From assembly GCF_009834535.1 (NCBI RefSeq), contig NC_045697.1, forward strand, positions 99,760,001 through 99,824,000: 64,000 bases of DNA, written 5' to 3'. Origin of the DNA: Camelus ferus (lineage: Eukaryota). Positions 53,401-64,000 of the stretch are shown here, in pieces. The notes under the pieces are model-generated. The model did not search any database. It was given only the letters and a program-made list of their open reading frames with translations, and was not told the DNA's origin. Numbering within the stretch: the stretch's first letter is position 1; each line of letters starts with the position of its first letter. The position numbers and the translations under genes were made by a program.

Positions 53401-53639
53401 ATTTCTACTACATTTTACATAGATAATATTATATGAAATATGATGCTCTACAACTTTTTTCAGTCAATAATATGATAGGGACATTGTTTTATCTCAGTGA
53501 ATACAGATATTCATTCTCCTTTCAATGGTTACAGATTATTGCAATGTAGATATAAATATTTAGTCAGCCTATTACTGATAGATATTTTGGTTGTTTCTAA
53601 CATAATGCTTTTATAAAACAACAGTGCATTGAAATCCTT

Positions 53640-53890
53640 GAAATTATTACTTATTGAACACTTACTACATGCGGTCCATCATTGTATATAATGTAAATAT
53701 ATTAGCCAATTTAATGGCCAAAACCACCCTATAACATGGGCAATATCATCACTATTTTACAGATAAGGAAAGTAGAGCAAAGAGAAGTTAAGCGACTTGT
53801 TCAAATTCATGAGCCAGGAAGTGGAGAAGCGGACATTTGAACCTTGGCAATCTAGATCAGAGTCTGTGTCCTCAACTAGTCTACTGTACT
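53640..53890 (-). mobile_element. MIR SINE
   Basis: ttattgaacacttacta...attttacagataaggaaa...agagaagttaagcgacttg...atttgaacc. Confidence 0.75.
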
Positions 53891-54678
53891 GTCATATTTT
53901 TATTATTTTGAAATTCTTGGCTGATTATCTCCTTAGGGTAACTCCCAAGAATTAAGATTTCTGATTCAAAGGGTAACATATGTTAAATCTGACACATATT
54001 GCCAGATTCCCCACCAAAAGGTCTTATGGTGGTAATATTTATACCGTACTTTGTAATTTTACATGGCATTAGAGGCAGGACACAAAACTTTGGGGCCATT
54101 AGCGAGACACAGATTTGAATCTGCTCTATTAATTACTGGGCAAGCTCCTTACTTTCCTTAAGCTCCAGTTTCTTCATCTGGATATCTACTTTACAGGGAT
54201 GTAATGCAGATTATAAATAATGTATATAAAAATTGTCCACCATCCTTCAGATATAGAAAGGAGTCTCTCAACTGACAATAGCTACTGTGACTTAATATAA
54301 ATTATCTCTTGATTCGTGTACCAACCTTTTATTGGGCTGGACAGGTTTTATTACTACAACATCAATTTTAATATTCTGTTTGTAAATATAATTTCTGTAC
54401 CATATAGTGTGCAGGGCTCCCAATAATATACTTAACAATATAGTCATATTTCTCCCATTTGGAACCAGTATATTTCCTTTTTAGTTTGACATATTTGATT
54501 CTTTTGCAGTGGTACCAAACAAGCATTAAATACATTGTGTGCTATTCAAAAAAAGCATCTATGAATTGCTTTTTTAAATTTAAGAAAAAAATTCAAAATG
54601 ATACAGTGATTACCATGGAGGAAGAGTATTTAGAGACTAAGGCTGTGAGTGAGGAGAGCTCCTTATTTTCATACGTAC

Positions 54679-54812
54679 GTCTGAGACAGAGACAATCACC
54701 ACGGAGTCCTTCTCTTCTGAAAGAGTCATCCTGGAGACAACAGAGGTCAGCGTCTGCTTCAGGTAACTACGATTTCCTCTGTCAACAGTGGAAATACCCA
54801 GTGCAAAAGAAA
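54679..54812 (-). CDS. MGAT4D: MGAT4D exon 4 (134 nt): [44 protein letters not shown]
   Basis: Acceptor acatttgcag|, donor |GTACGT; GT54 GIxTVxR...SYLxxTL motif; phase 1 to 0. Confidence 0.95.
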
Positions 54813-55639
54813 CTGCAAATGTAGGAGCACAAAATCATCATTTCATACTACAGAGAAAACACAATTTAGCATTAATATTTACACTTATTCCTCTGTTTAG
54901 GTTAGTTGTATGGTCATCAAAAGTTTAAACTCTACTGCAAAACTAATACAAATCACTGTTAATTTTTATCACATATTTCATTTACTGTTTGAGGAAATTC
55001 CAATTTGCAATAGGCTGTTAGTTAAAGCATTAGACTCCAAGACGTTCTCATGTTGGAGAATTTCAATGTGGTGAAAACTAAAACTAGCCACTCTCCATTT
55101 ATTATAGTTTTTGTCTAACTGGGTACGAAACTTCACACGTTACCTGATTCTCTATTCTTCTTCCTACGGAGACAATGGAACCCAAAGTGGGAAAAATACT
55201 ATGAAATATTTTCATCTGTGAAAAAATTGTATAGAGTAATTCCCAAATGATTTGATGGAATGAATCCATGTCCCTAAGTGATTTTTACAGTGTATTAATG
55301 ACAGGCACCGGGAGAACAGACTCCACGTTATTCCACATACATATTAAGGCTCTATTAGTGAAGTCTGTCCAAACTTAATCTTGGCTGCAGCAGCCCCTGG
55401 CTGTTTGAGTTTGGTCAAGATTTAGAGCCTCTGCAGCCTCAATTTCTCCATCTTTAAGATGAGGATAAGGACTTACAGAATAGCTAAGTGAGGAACTCAG
55501 AAAATCCTCTCCCTAAAAAGCAATAATAAAACTGGAAAGAAGTTGTCAAACCAATCAGAGCCCTGGACATAACAAACTAAGAGGCATTTATTTAAGAAAA
55601 ATTATTGAACTTCAGTGAGAACAGTAAGAATCAGTATTT

Positions 55640-56060
55640 CCCTGATCACTATTCATACTTTCATGTGTTTATTGGCCATTGGGTAGTCTTTTGTGAAATC
55701 CCTGTTTAAGATATTGTCAATTTCTCAAGTTGTCTGTATTTTTCTTACTGATTTATTGATGTTCTTTACAGATTCTGAGTATGAACCCTTTGTTAGTTAC
55801 ATGTATTACAAATATCCCCCACCATGAGTTCAATGTTTTACGTTTCAAAATTAAGAGCAGAAAGTCTTAATTTTAATATTGTGTAATTTATCAATCATTT
55901 CCTTTATAGTTAGTGTTTTTTGATTCCTGTTGAGAAATCTTTGCTTATCTTCAAGTCATAAAGATGTTTTCCTGAATATTTCCTAGATGATTTATTGTTT
56001 AGCCTTTTAAATTTAGATTTACAATCCACCTGGAACAGATTTTTATGAATGGTGTGAGCC
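55640..56060 (-). mobile_element. Old L1 ORF2 fragment
   Basis: tttcatgtgtttattggccatt...aaagtcttaattttaat...tacaatccacctggaa. Confidence 0.7.
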
Positions 56061-56418
56061 AGAAGTTAAGTCTCAGGCTTCAGGATCCACTCTCAAATGA
56101 TTCCTGGAATGGCTTCCCACAGCTTAAGATAAGGAATACATTTGCAAAGGTCTGTAAAGCTTTCAGTGACCTGGTCCTGACCTACCTCCTCCACCTGCTC
56201 TCCAAAACAGTCTTCTTTAGTGTCTTTTAGCTTCTCAAACTGACCAGACCCCACTTCTCATCTCCAGGCCTCTGCAAATGCCTTTCCTTGTTGCCAGAAC
56301 ACTCTCCTGGATCCCTGATGCTAAACCATGTCTTCTGGCACCCTCTTCCCAACACAGTTGGCTTGTCAGAAGCATGTGACATAGATCAGCACTGCTTATT
56401 CCCAAGGAGTGCCTAGAA

Positions 56419-56630
56419 CAGAGGTCAGCACACTTTGTCTATGAAAGGCCAGATGGTAAACATTTTTGGCTCTCAGGCCGTATCATCTCTGTTGCAACTA
56501 CTCATCTCTGCTGATGTAGCATGAAAGCAGCCACAGGAAATAGGTGAACAACAAGCATAATCTCAGTCCAACAAAAGTGTATTTAAAAACAGTCAGATTT
56601 GGCCTGTGCATTCTAGTTTGCTGACCTTTG
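56419..56630. mobile_element. MER58A-like hAT-Charlie MITE
   Basis: TIRs cagaggtcagca / tgctgacctttg; internal ggccagatggtaaacatttt...tctctgttgcaactactca...gaaagcagcca. Confidence 0.85.
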
Positions 56631-57159
56631 GCAGAGAGTGACTCGCTCATTGGACTGAAATAGGTTTGTGGGAATGAAAGGTGTTCTGAGACTTAGCCTA
56701 ATTGCCCTGCTTCTAACGAAAATGCTTTTTCTCTTCTATACTTGGTGAACTTGAACTCATTTTTCAAGGCTTAGCTCAATCATCATCTCTTCAGTAAAGC
56801 TTTTGCTGACTTTGGTCTTCAGAGAGATGGAGAAATAAAAAGATAACCAGATAAGAAATAGATTTATCAAAACCAAGGGAGAAATAAGTCGCCAAGCGCT
56901 CAGCAGATGGTTAATGTACGTTTGGCTTATACTGACTTTCAAAGCATCTATATTAAAATTAAATTTAAATTTGTCTCCAAATAGAACAATTTTTTTCTGC
57001 CAGACAATATACTGATTTCTAGTAATCCAAATTAATGCCAGACAGGTTTGTATATATCAATCTGAATATCATATTAATAGATTACATTTTAAAACTTAAA
57101 AGGATATTCCCAAAGATCAAAATATCTGTATTTGATTTTCCAGTTCTAAGTTCACTTAC

Positions 57160-57297
57160 CACCTGTTTTCTCTTTGCCAATAATTACATCAGGATAAATT
57201 CTGCCTACTTTCCTTAGATGAGGGAAAAAGAACTTCAGGACTTCAAATGCATTAGGGGTTGTTTCATTCCTATCCAATGCATTCACTTTCTTCTTAA
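57160..57297 (-). CDS. MGAT4D: MGAT4D exon 3 (138 nt): [45 protein letters not shown]
   Basis: Acceptor cctctctttcag|, donor |GTAAGT; phase 1 to 1; PHL...PxVxxG..TG resembles the MGAT4 stem. Confidence 0.93.
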
Positions 57298-57729
57298 CTG
57301 AAAGAGAGGAAAAATAGGGTCTCTGAGTTCATGACTAAAGGGATTCTTCTTCTGGTACAATTTTTTTAAATGAGGATGAATAAATTATCACAGATTAATT
57401 CCATATTCAATATATAAGATAAATACTATTAAATGTGAATTATCAAAATCATAAGACTACAAAATATAGCTCAAAGATTATGAATTCATATTTACTTTAA
57501 AAGTACTATTTAATTTAAGTCTCACACACTGAGCAACACAACCAGAGGCTAACAGAACTAAAACAGTTCCAAACGAAGGAAGCAGAACTGAAACATGCTC
57601 TAACTGGCCTGCTCTCCTACTTTGATTAATATCACATCATTAAAGTTTGTCTCTTCATAACTTTGTTTCGTAGCCCCTCAACATTTAATGATTTTTTTGG
57701 TACCATTCATTTGAATTTGCCCCCATAAT

Positions 57730-58960
57730 TCTGAAAAAGAGGAACAAAGTTGGAGTGCTCACACTACCCAATTTAATTCATAATACATAGTACAGTAATC
57801 AAGACAGTGTGGTATTAAAGAACAAACAGAAACATAGACAAATGGAACAGAACAGAGATCCAGACACAGATCCACACAAATATGGGCAATCGATTTTTGA
57901 AAAAAGCACAAAGGCAAATCAATACAGAAGGGACCTTTTAGACAAATGGTGCTAAAACACATGGACACTCACATGAAAAAGACTGAATCTTGACCTATAC
58001 TTCAGGCCATTTATAAAAATGAACTCAAAAGTTTCGTAGCCCTAAATGCAAAATCTTAAACTATAAATTAAAAGAAAAGAAAAGAAAATCTTTATTGACC
58101 CTGTTCTAGGTAAAGTTCTTAGATACAACACCAAAAGCATAATATATAAAAAGGAAAACTGGTAAACTGGACTTCATCAAAATTATAATTGTCTGCTCTT
58201 TGAAGGATATCATAAGAAGCCACAGACTGGGAGAAAATATTCCCAAATCACAAATCCATCTGATACATGTCCAGGATATATATAGAACTCTCAAAACTCA
58301 ACAACAAGGAAAAAATTCACCTAATTAAAAAATGTGCAACATATTTGAACAGGCATCTCACCAAAGAAGATATATGGATGGCAAATAAGCACATAAAGAT
58401 GCTCCACATCTTTAATTTCCAGAGAAATACAACTTAATATGAGATACCATGACATTAGAATGACTATAATTAACTGGAGTGACTAACTCTCATACATTGC
58501 TGCAGGGAAGGCAGAATGGTGCAGCCACTCTGGAAAACAGTTTGGCAGACTCTTATAATGTTAAACGTACACCTACTATATTCCCATCAATCCTAGATAC
58601 TTATCCTAAAAAAATGAAAATTCCCTTCATATAAAAAATTTGTAGATGATTGCTTATGGCAACAAGTATCATCAAAAAACAAAACAAACAAAAACCCCAA
58701 ATACAATCCAGATGTCTCTCAAATGTTGAAAGGATAAACAACTATCCTTTGCACATCTATACGGAGGAATGTGATTCAGCAAAAAAAGGCCACATAACAA
58801 CATGAATGAATCTATGCCTAATGAAAGAAGCCAGTCTCAAAGGGTTCCACATGTGTGATTTCACTTGTTCAGCATTCTGGAAAATAGAAAGCTATAGGAA
58901 TAGAGAACTGATCAGTTGTGGCTGCCGGGGTTGAGCGTAGGGGGAGGTATTACAGGGAGC
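57730..58960 (+). mobile_element. Old L1 (L1MC/MD-like) ORF2 3' region and 3' UTR
   Basis: gaacaaagttggag...acagtaatcaagacagtgtggtatt...actggacttcatcaaaatt...gcagccactctggaaaacagtttggcag. Confidence 0.85.
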
Positions 58961-59551
58961 GAAGCAGGAGGCAGGACTTCTATCCTACAGAAATGGGCAG
59001 CCACTGAAGTTTGATATATAGGACAGTGTAGCCTTCACTTTGGCTATAATGAGAGTAAATAGGTGGGGACAGGTTGGAGAGAGAGAAAAAAAAATAGAAG
59101 TATGTTAACAATCATTCAGATGAAGCACGAAGGTGGCCTGACTAGGGTAGTAGAGATGGTGATAGGAAAATGTGGACAGACTTGTGAGATACATAGGATT
59201 ATGAGTCAACAAGATTGCTTACTGACTGCCCTGGAAGTATTTAGAGGGAGAAGGATTCAGAGAAGATGCTCAGGTTTCTGGGTGCGGCCATTGGATGGAT
59301 CACAGATGGTGCTGCAATTCACAGAGACAGAAAACACAGGGAAATCATTTTCGAGGTAGAGATGAGAGGAAGTTCATCAGTGATGTCTCTTACCTGACTT
59401 TTGCATGTCTCATAGTGAAAGAATGAGTACTGATTTAGTTATATTTATTGGGAAGAAATGCCCTAAAATCAGAAAGCATAAAATCTAAATTTCCAAGCAC
59501 AAAAGATAAAACCAACGAACCACCATATACAAAAGCAAAAACAATACAAAC

Positions 59552-59710
59552 CCGAATTTACTGATATATTCTCTCCTTGTGTGATTTCATATTTGATTTT
59601 ATTCAAGGCTTTAATCAGCTCTTGGCGATTTCTTTCAGTTCTGTTTTTTAAATGTAGTATACCTTCCTTAAACTCCAAAATACGGTTTCTACAATTAATT
59701 AATTGATTAC
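59552..59710 (-). CDS. MGAT4D: MGAT4D exon 2 (159 nt): NQLINCRNRILEFKEGILHLKNRTERNRQELIKALNKIKYEITQGENISVNS (coiled-coil-like stem)
   Basis: Acceptor ttttctttgtag|, weak donor |GTTTGT; phase 1 to 1; overlaps ORF 59469..59678. Confidence 0.9.
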
Positions 59711-59830
59711 CTACAAAGAAAACATATATGTATATACATTTATATGTAGTAATGGTATCATACAGTTTTCTATAATATATAACAAATGTAAAATATATGC
59801 TTCAATATAACTATGGATATTTATATAGCA

Positions 59831-59852
59831 CTATATATATATATATATATAT
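59831..59852. repeat. (TA)n microsatellite near the MGAT4D exon 2 acceptor
   Basis: Read directly. Confidence 0.9.
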
Positions 59853-60189
59853 TCTGGAGAAAAGAATAAAATGTTAAAAATAGTAATATCTGGAAGGTGG
59901 GAATTATCAATGGTTTTTGCTTTATTACTTTGTGCTTTTCTGTGCTTTCCAAATTTCCCATTTTGTGCATGTATTAGATTTGTAATTAGAGGGAAAAACC
60001 AGTTGAGAGAAAAAATTCACTTCTAAGAATTTTCCTGAAGAAAATGACCAGAAATATGTACACAGATTTGGTTCTAAGGATGTTCAACACAGGCAGCATT
60101 ATTTTTCATTGTAAGAAAACTGAAAATAACCTAAATGCCCAATGATGGAACTATGCTAAATAAATTACAGAATGTCCTTTTAAGAGTTC

Positions 60190-60420
60190 TGGTGGCTCTC
60201 GTGTTAAACCACATGTAAGTGACTCCCAATTTTGCCACTTATCTGTGTGACCTTGGGCAAGCTACTTAATTTCTGTTAGCCTCTCTTCCTTCAGGTGTAA
60301 ATGGATATATAAAAATCCCTGCTGCAGAGCTGTTGGAAGTGGTAATGCTATTATATACATAAACCATACGGCAAAGCACACGAGAAAAAAATGCTTCAAC
60401 AAATGTCTAATAAATGTTAT
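60190..60420 (+). mobile_element. MIR SINE
   Basis: ttgccacttatctgtgtgaccttgggcaagctacttaa...tgtaaatgg. Confidence 0.7.
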
Positions 60421-60874
60421 TTATCAATGGGCTACTCTTTATTCATTTATCAATTAAATACTATGGAGCTATGAAAATCACCTTGTAGAAGAATATTTAA
60501 TGTAAAACAATTGCTTTTTAAAAACAAAACAATAAAATAATTTCCTTTTTGCAAAAAAATACATTCATAGAGTAAAAAAAGAGTAAGTGTACAAGTTTAT
60601 CTTTTGTTAATATATAATCTTTGGTTTGTTGAATCACTTTTTATTTCCTATTTTCACAAAATTCTTTTGTTTCCAAAATTAGGTTGCATTGCTTCTGTAA
60701 TCAGAAAAAAAATTGATAAATTAAAAAATTAAACACCTTGTATTTACCAACTACTCTATGTCAATGGAAATACAGAAATAAGTAAGATATGGTCAGTTCT
60801 AGCCTTTAGGAAGTTTATAGGCTAAATGGTAGAACTAACTTAATTGGTAATTTAAACCAATGTGATATTTCTGA

Positions 60875-61193
60875 TGTTATAGATTCCCTTCTTGGGTTTT
60901 AACTGATTAAACACATACACTGGTAACACCAGCCCCAAATAGGGACTATCAGCTTTATTTGGGGCTCTCTGATAATAAACATATTGCAGAGTGCACTGGG
61001 ATTGTCCTAATTCCCCACCCAAGTTAACTTACCCCTACTCCCACCCCATTATTGAAAGAGGAGCTGGACAACAGTGGGGCCACATGCACAAAGGGGATGA
61101 CTTGCCACCTGTGCTAACTACTTTAGGAGGGAAAAGTAAAGAGGGAGTCTGGCCCTTCCTATGTAGAAAGTACACAGGACAGATATTGTAACA
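60875..61193 (-). mobile_element. Possible old solo LTR
   Basis: TGTTA...TAACA inverted ends and a minus-strand AATAAA near 60955; no TSD seen. Confidence 0.35.
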
Positions 61194-62699
61194 AAAAGAG
61201 CCAGAGATGGCCCGAGTTGCCTTTTTAAGGAAGTGATTCTGCCTCCTTGTTAATTTGACCCACAGAAGTCAAGTCTGACCAATCTCACCATTCAGATGAA
61301 TCTCCTAGTCTTCTGAGATTGGTAATGAGCTACTGGGTAAAGTTCCAAGTGTTCACTTTAAAATGCCCTCTCTAGGAGGATGGAATGAAAGATATCCCCT
61401 TGAAGGAAATATAGCCCTGCAGAACAAGGTTTCAACCCCTGTGTGCAGTGACAATAGTATTCACAGAAGACAGAATCTAGATGTATGTATATGTATGACT
61501 GAAACATGCTGTACACCAGTTTGACACATTGTAGCTGACGAAACTTCAATTTTTCAAAAAGTGTACAAATTTTGTAGTCCATTCCATAGTACAAATTTGC
61601 TTTAATAGAAAGAAAATGGAGTCACTCTTTGCCCCCCGCCAAGTTCTTTTTTTCAGATGACTTTATATACCTTGGAATGCCACTACAGACTGTCACAGGA
61701 ACAACTCACTCAATGGAGAAGCACAGCAGAAGACTATTAGGTGGGACACATCCTTCAGAAAGATCATTCTGGTGACCACGCAGAAGATTCTTTCAGGGAG
61801 GCAAAACTAAAGCCAGAGAAATTACCCATTGGGAACCTACAGTGATATTAGTTCCAAGTGAGAGATGATAAAGAATAAACCAGGGCAGAAAGGATCAGGA
61901 AGCAGGAGATGGATATGAGAGATGTCTGAGATCTCTTCTTGGAAAGACTCAGCAACTGTCTGAGAGCGAAGAGATTAGAACCCCTGCTAGACTTCCGGTG
62001 TGACTCTAGATTTCTAATCTGGTGTTCAATCTGGATCGGCACACAGGAAAGGGAGCAGGGCCAGAGGGGCATCCAAATGTGTGGCAAATACATGGCTCAG
62101 AAAAAATGAGGGCACAAAGTGGCTTCCAACTTCGGTTGCTTTGTTAAAATATGGAACATCTAATTAGAGAAGCAATACCTGGGTTAAAATTTTAGAAAAC
62201 AACACAGAAAAGAAAAAAAAAATCCATTGTTATCCCACTGCTCAAAGAGAACCACTATTAATGTTTAGCTTTATGTGGTTCTAGACTGTGCTTACTTTTC
62301 CCCTCCTGCTTTGGCATATAAATGTCAAATATAATAATGCAGAGGGAAAAAAAACATTAGGTTAGGTACAGTGGTTCATTTTATGTTGAAAAAGGCATAA
62401 TCTATGATGAAAACAAAGTAACTGTTAGATAGTGAAACATCAAAATATATACAGAAAAAACTATTCAGAGACTCAAGAATATGGGAAATTATATTATTAT
62501 TCACAAGGAAAGCACAGAAATTGGCTGTCAATTTTGGGTGGAATAAAAATAAATTCACTGGTTGGAAGACAATAAATTCCAGATGGATTGTTTTAATTAG
62601 GGTAAAATATAAAAACATGAAAGGAATGATGATATGTTTGAGCTGAAACATTTAATATTTTTTCACTCATCTGCCTTTTAGGAACAAGAACACACATAT

Positions 62700-63295
62700 G
62701 TGCAACCTGTGCCAAAGGCTGGATGATGCCAGTGCCCTGCTCAAAACCCTCCAGAGATTTCCCATCACACTTAGACAAACTGCCAAAGCCCTCACTATGC
62801 CAGAGCCTACCTGCCCGGGGCCTTGGCTCTCTCTGCCTCATCCCCCACCCCTCCTACCTCACTCTGGGGGGCAGCTCCAGCCACACGGGCTCCATGCTGT
62901 TCCTCACGCCAGCCACTCTCCCACCTCAGCACTTCAGCTTTTGCAGTGTTCTCAGCTCACCCCCCAGATACAGATCCAGTCAGCGCTCCTTAATTTCATT
63001 CAGTTTTCTGCAAAAACTTTACCTACTCAGAGAAGCCTACCTTGCCACCCTACGTGAAACAGAGCACTCTCCCTCTCTTCTTTTTCTTTTTCAGATCACT
63101 TATCACTCCCTGACTTCTATTACATATTTACCATTTTTATGTCTCTCTCCAGAGCACTCTGGAATTTCAGCTTGAGAACACCAAGAACTCTAGTTTTTTT
63201 TATACAAAATTCCCAATGCCTGAAACAATGGCAGGGATACAGCTTCTACACAAACATATGCAGAATGAATGAATAAACAAATTAATGAATAAATG
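62700..63295 (+). mobile_element. L2 LINE 3' region
   Basis: ccctgctcaaaaccctcca...ctccagccacac...gctgttcctc..., ending in a (GAAT)n tail at about 63260. Confidence 0.75.
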
Positions 63296-64000
63296 GATTT
63301 GCCCAAATAGGAACTGATGTGAATGGTTCTAAAACTGCACCACGCTTTAATCAAAAGAACTGCAACTATCCCAGGTAAATCTTGAATATTCATGCGGTGA
63401 ATACTATTTGATGATGCTTAAAATTTTTACAGTGGGTGTGGTTTAGCCAGTATAGCCCTATGTTATTGGGGTTTCCAGGGTAATGTTCTCTTTGCAAAAT
63501 GGGTCATGTGTTTGGAGTTGATATATCATGGATGATGCAACATATCTGGACTTCCACAATGTAAGTCAGTCCTTGAGGGATCAATTTGGTAAACATGAGA
63601 AGAGTTTTCTCTAGAGGAAGTAGTATTTTCAGAAACAACTATACTAAAATAATAAAGGACATAATCTCTAGTCGTGTATCTGCTTCTTGTACATTTTTAC
63701 CTGATAATTCATAAGTGTTCTATTTAAAACATATTACTTGCATATTCACTCAGGTATTTCGTGAGGATGAAATGATACAAAATTATTTTGCAAAAGTTTG
63801 AAAAATTAGGTGTTTTGAGTCAACTGTAGCGCAACTGTGAAAACAAACACCGGCCCATGTGTACAATGGGCCAATGTCACTTCCACCCATAAAAAGGGGG
63901 CCAGGTAAGATCTCAAGCACCACTGACCTTTGCTTCTCATAGCAGAGGTCCAAGGCACTGTTCCCCAGTGTAAATAAAATGCAAACCACATTTGTAATTT

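Larger units (their letters stand above)
34209..59710 (-). other. MGAT4D: MGAT4D (GnT1IP) gene, exons 2-11; exon 1 not found in window
   Basis: Ten phase-consistent GT-AG exons (159, 138, 134, 47, 114, 76, 115, 131, 108 and 15 coding nt) encoding an MGAT4/GT54-like domain (LGISTVx[37 protein letters not shown]). The position next to CLGN matches the known mammalian CLGN-MGAT4D order. Confidence 0.95.

Noticed and set aside
54459..54824. 121-aa plus-strand ORF
   Set aside because: Antisense shadow of MGAT4D exon 4
62593..63175. ORFs of 82-150 aa
   Set aside because: They lie within a degenerate L2 element
59711..64000. Search for MGAT4D exon 1 (ATG plus transmembrane anchor, phase-1 donor)
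   Set aside because: No suitable exon or promoter-like region seen; presumably beyond the right edge
1..64000. Prokaryotic, viral or otherwise novel multi-gene system
   Set aside because: All coding signal is explained by two known spliced mammalian genes and decayed transposons; no long unexplained ORF, array or foreign-composition block

Overview
AT-rich mammalian genomic DNA, probably camelid. This is suggested by a Vic-1-type tRNA-derived SINE and camelid-style L1 3' ends; no Alu, Bov-A/BovB or PRE-1 was recognised. Two intron-containing genes lie in tandem on the minus strand. (1) The 5' half of CLGN (calmegin, the testis calnexin paralogue): a non-coding exon 1 in a CpG island at ~25.2-26.3 kb, and coding exons 2-8 at 16423..1015 (884 nt). 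The rest of the gene lies left of the window. (2) MGAT4D (GnT1IP; MGAT4/GT54 family): exons 2-11 at 59710..34357, ending ...REQYFK|DIYY*, with AATAAA at 34209-34214. Exon 1 was not found and presumably lies right of the window. Every internal junction is GT-AG and phase-consistent. The remainder is intron or intergenic DNA full of L1, L2, MIR, MaLR/ERV LTRs and DNA transposons, several with target-site duplications (TSDs) that can be read directly. I found no convincing novel biological system. The best leads are: a frame-compatible MGAT4D-exon10 to CLGN-exon2 read-through fusion, an EDD-to-EDG change in the MGAT4D metal-binding motif, an overlapping MYB/NRF1 element at the CLGN start, and a TSD-flanked polyadenylated retrocopy that appears to contain only an L1 5' end. 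Repeat family names and orthologue comparisons come from memory of consensus sequences, not from searches.
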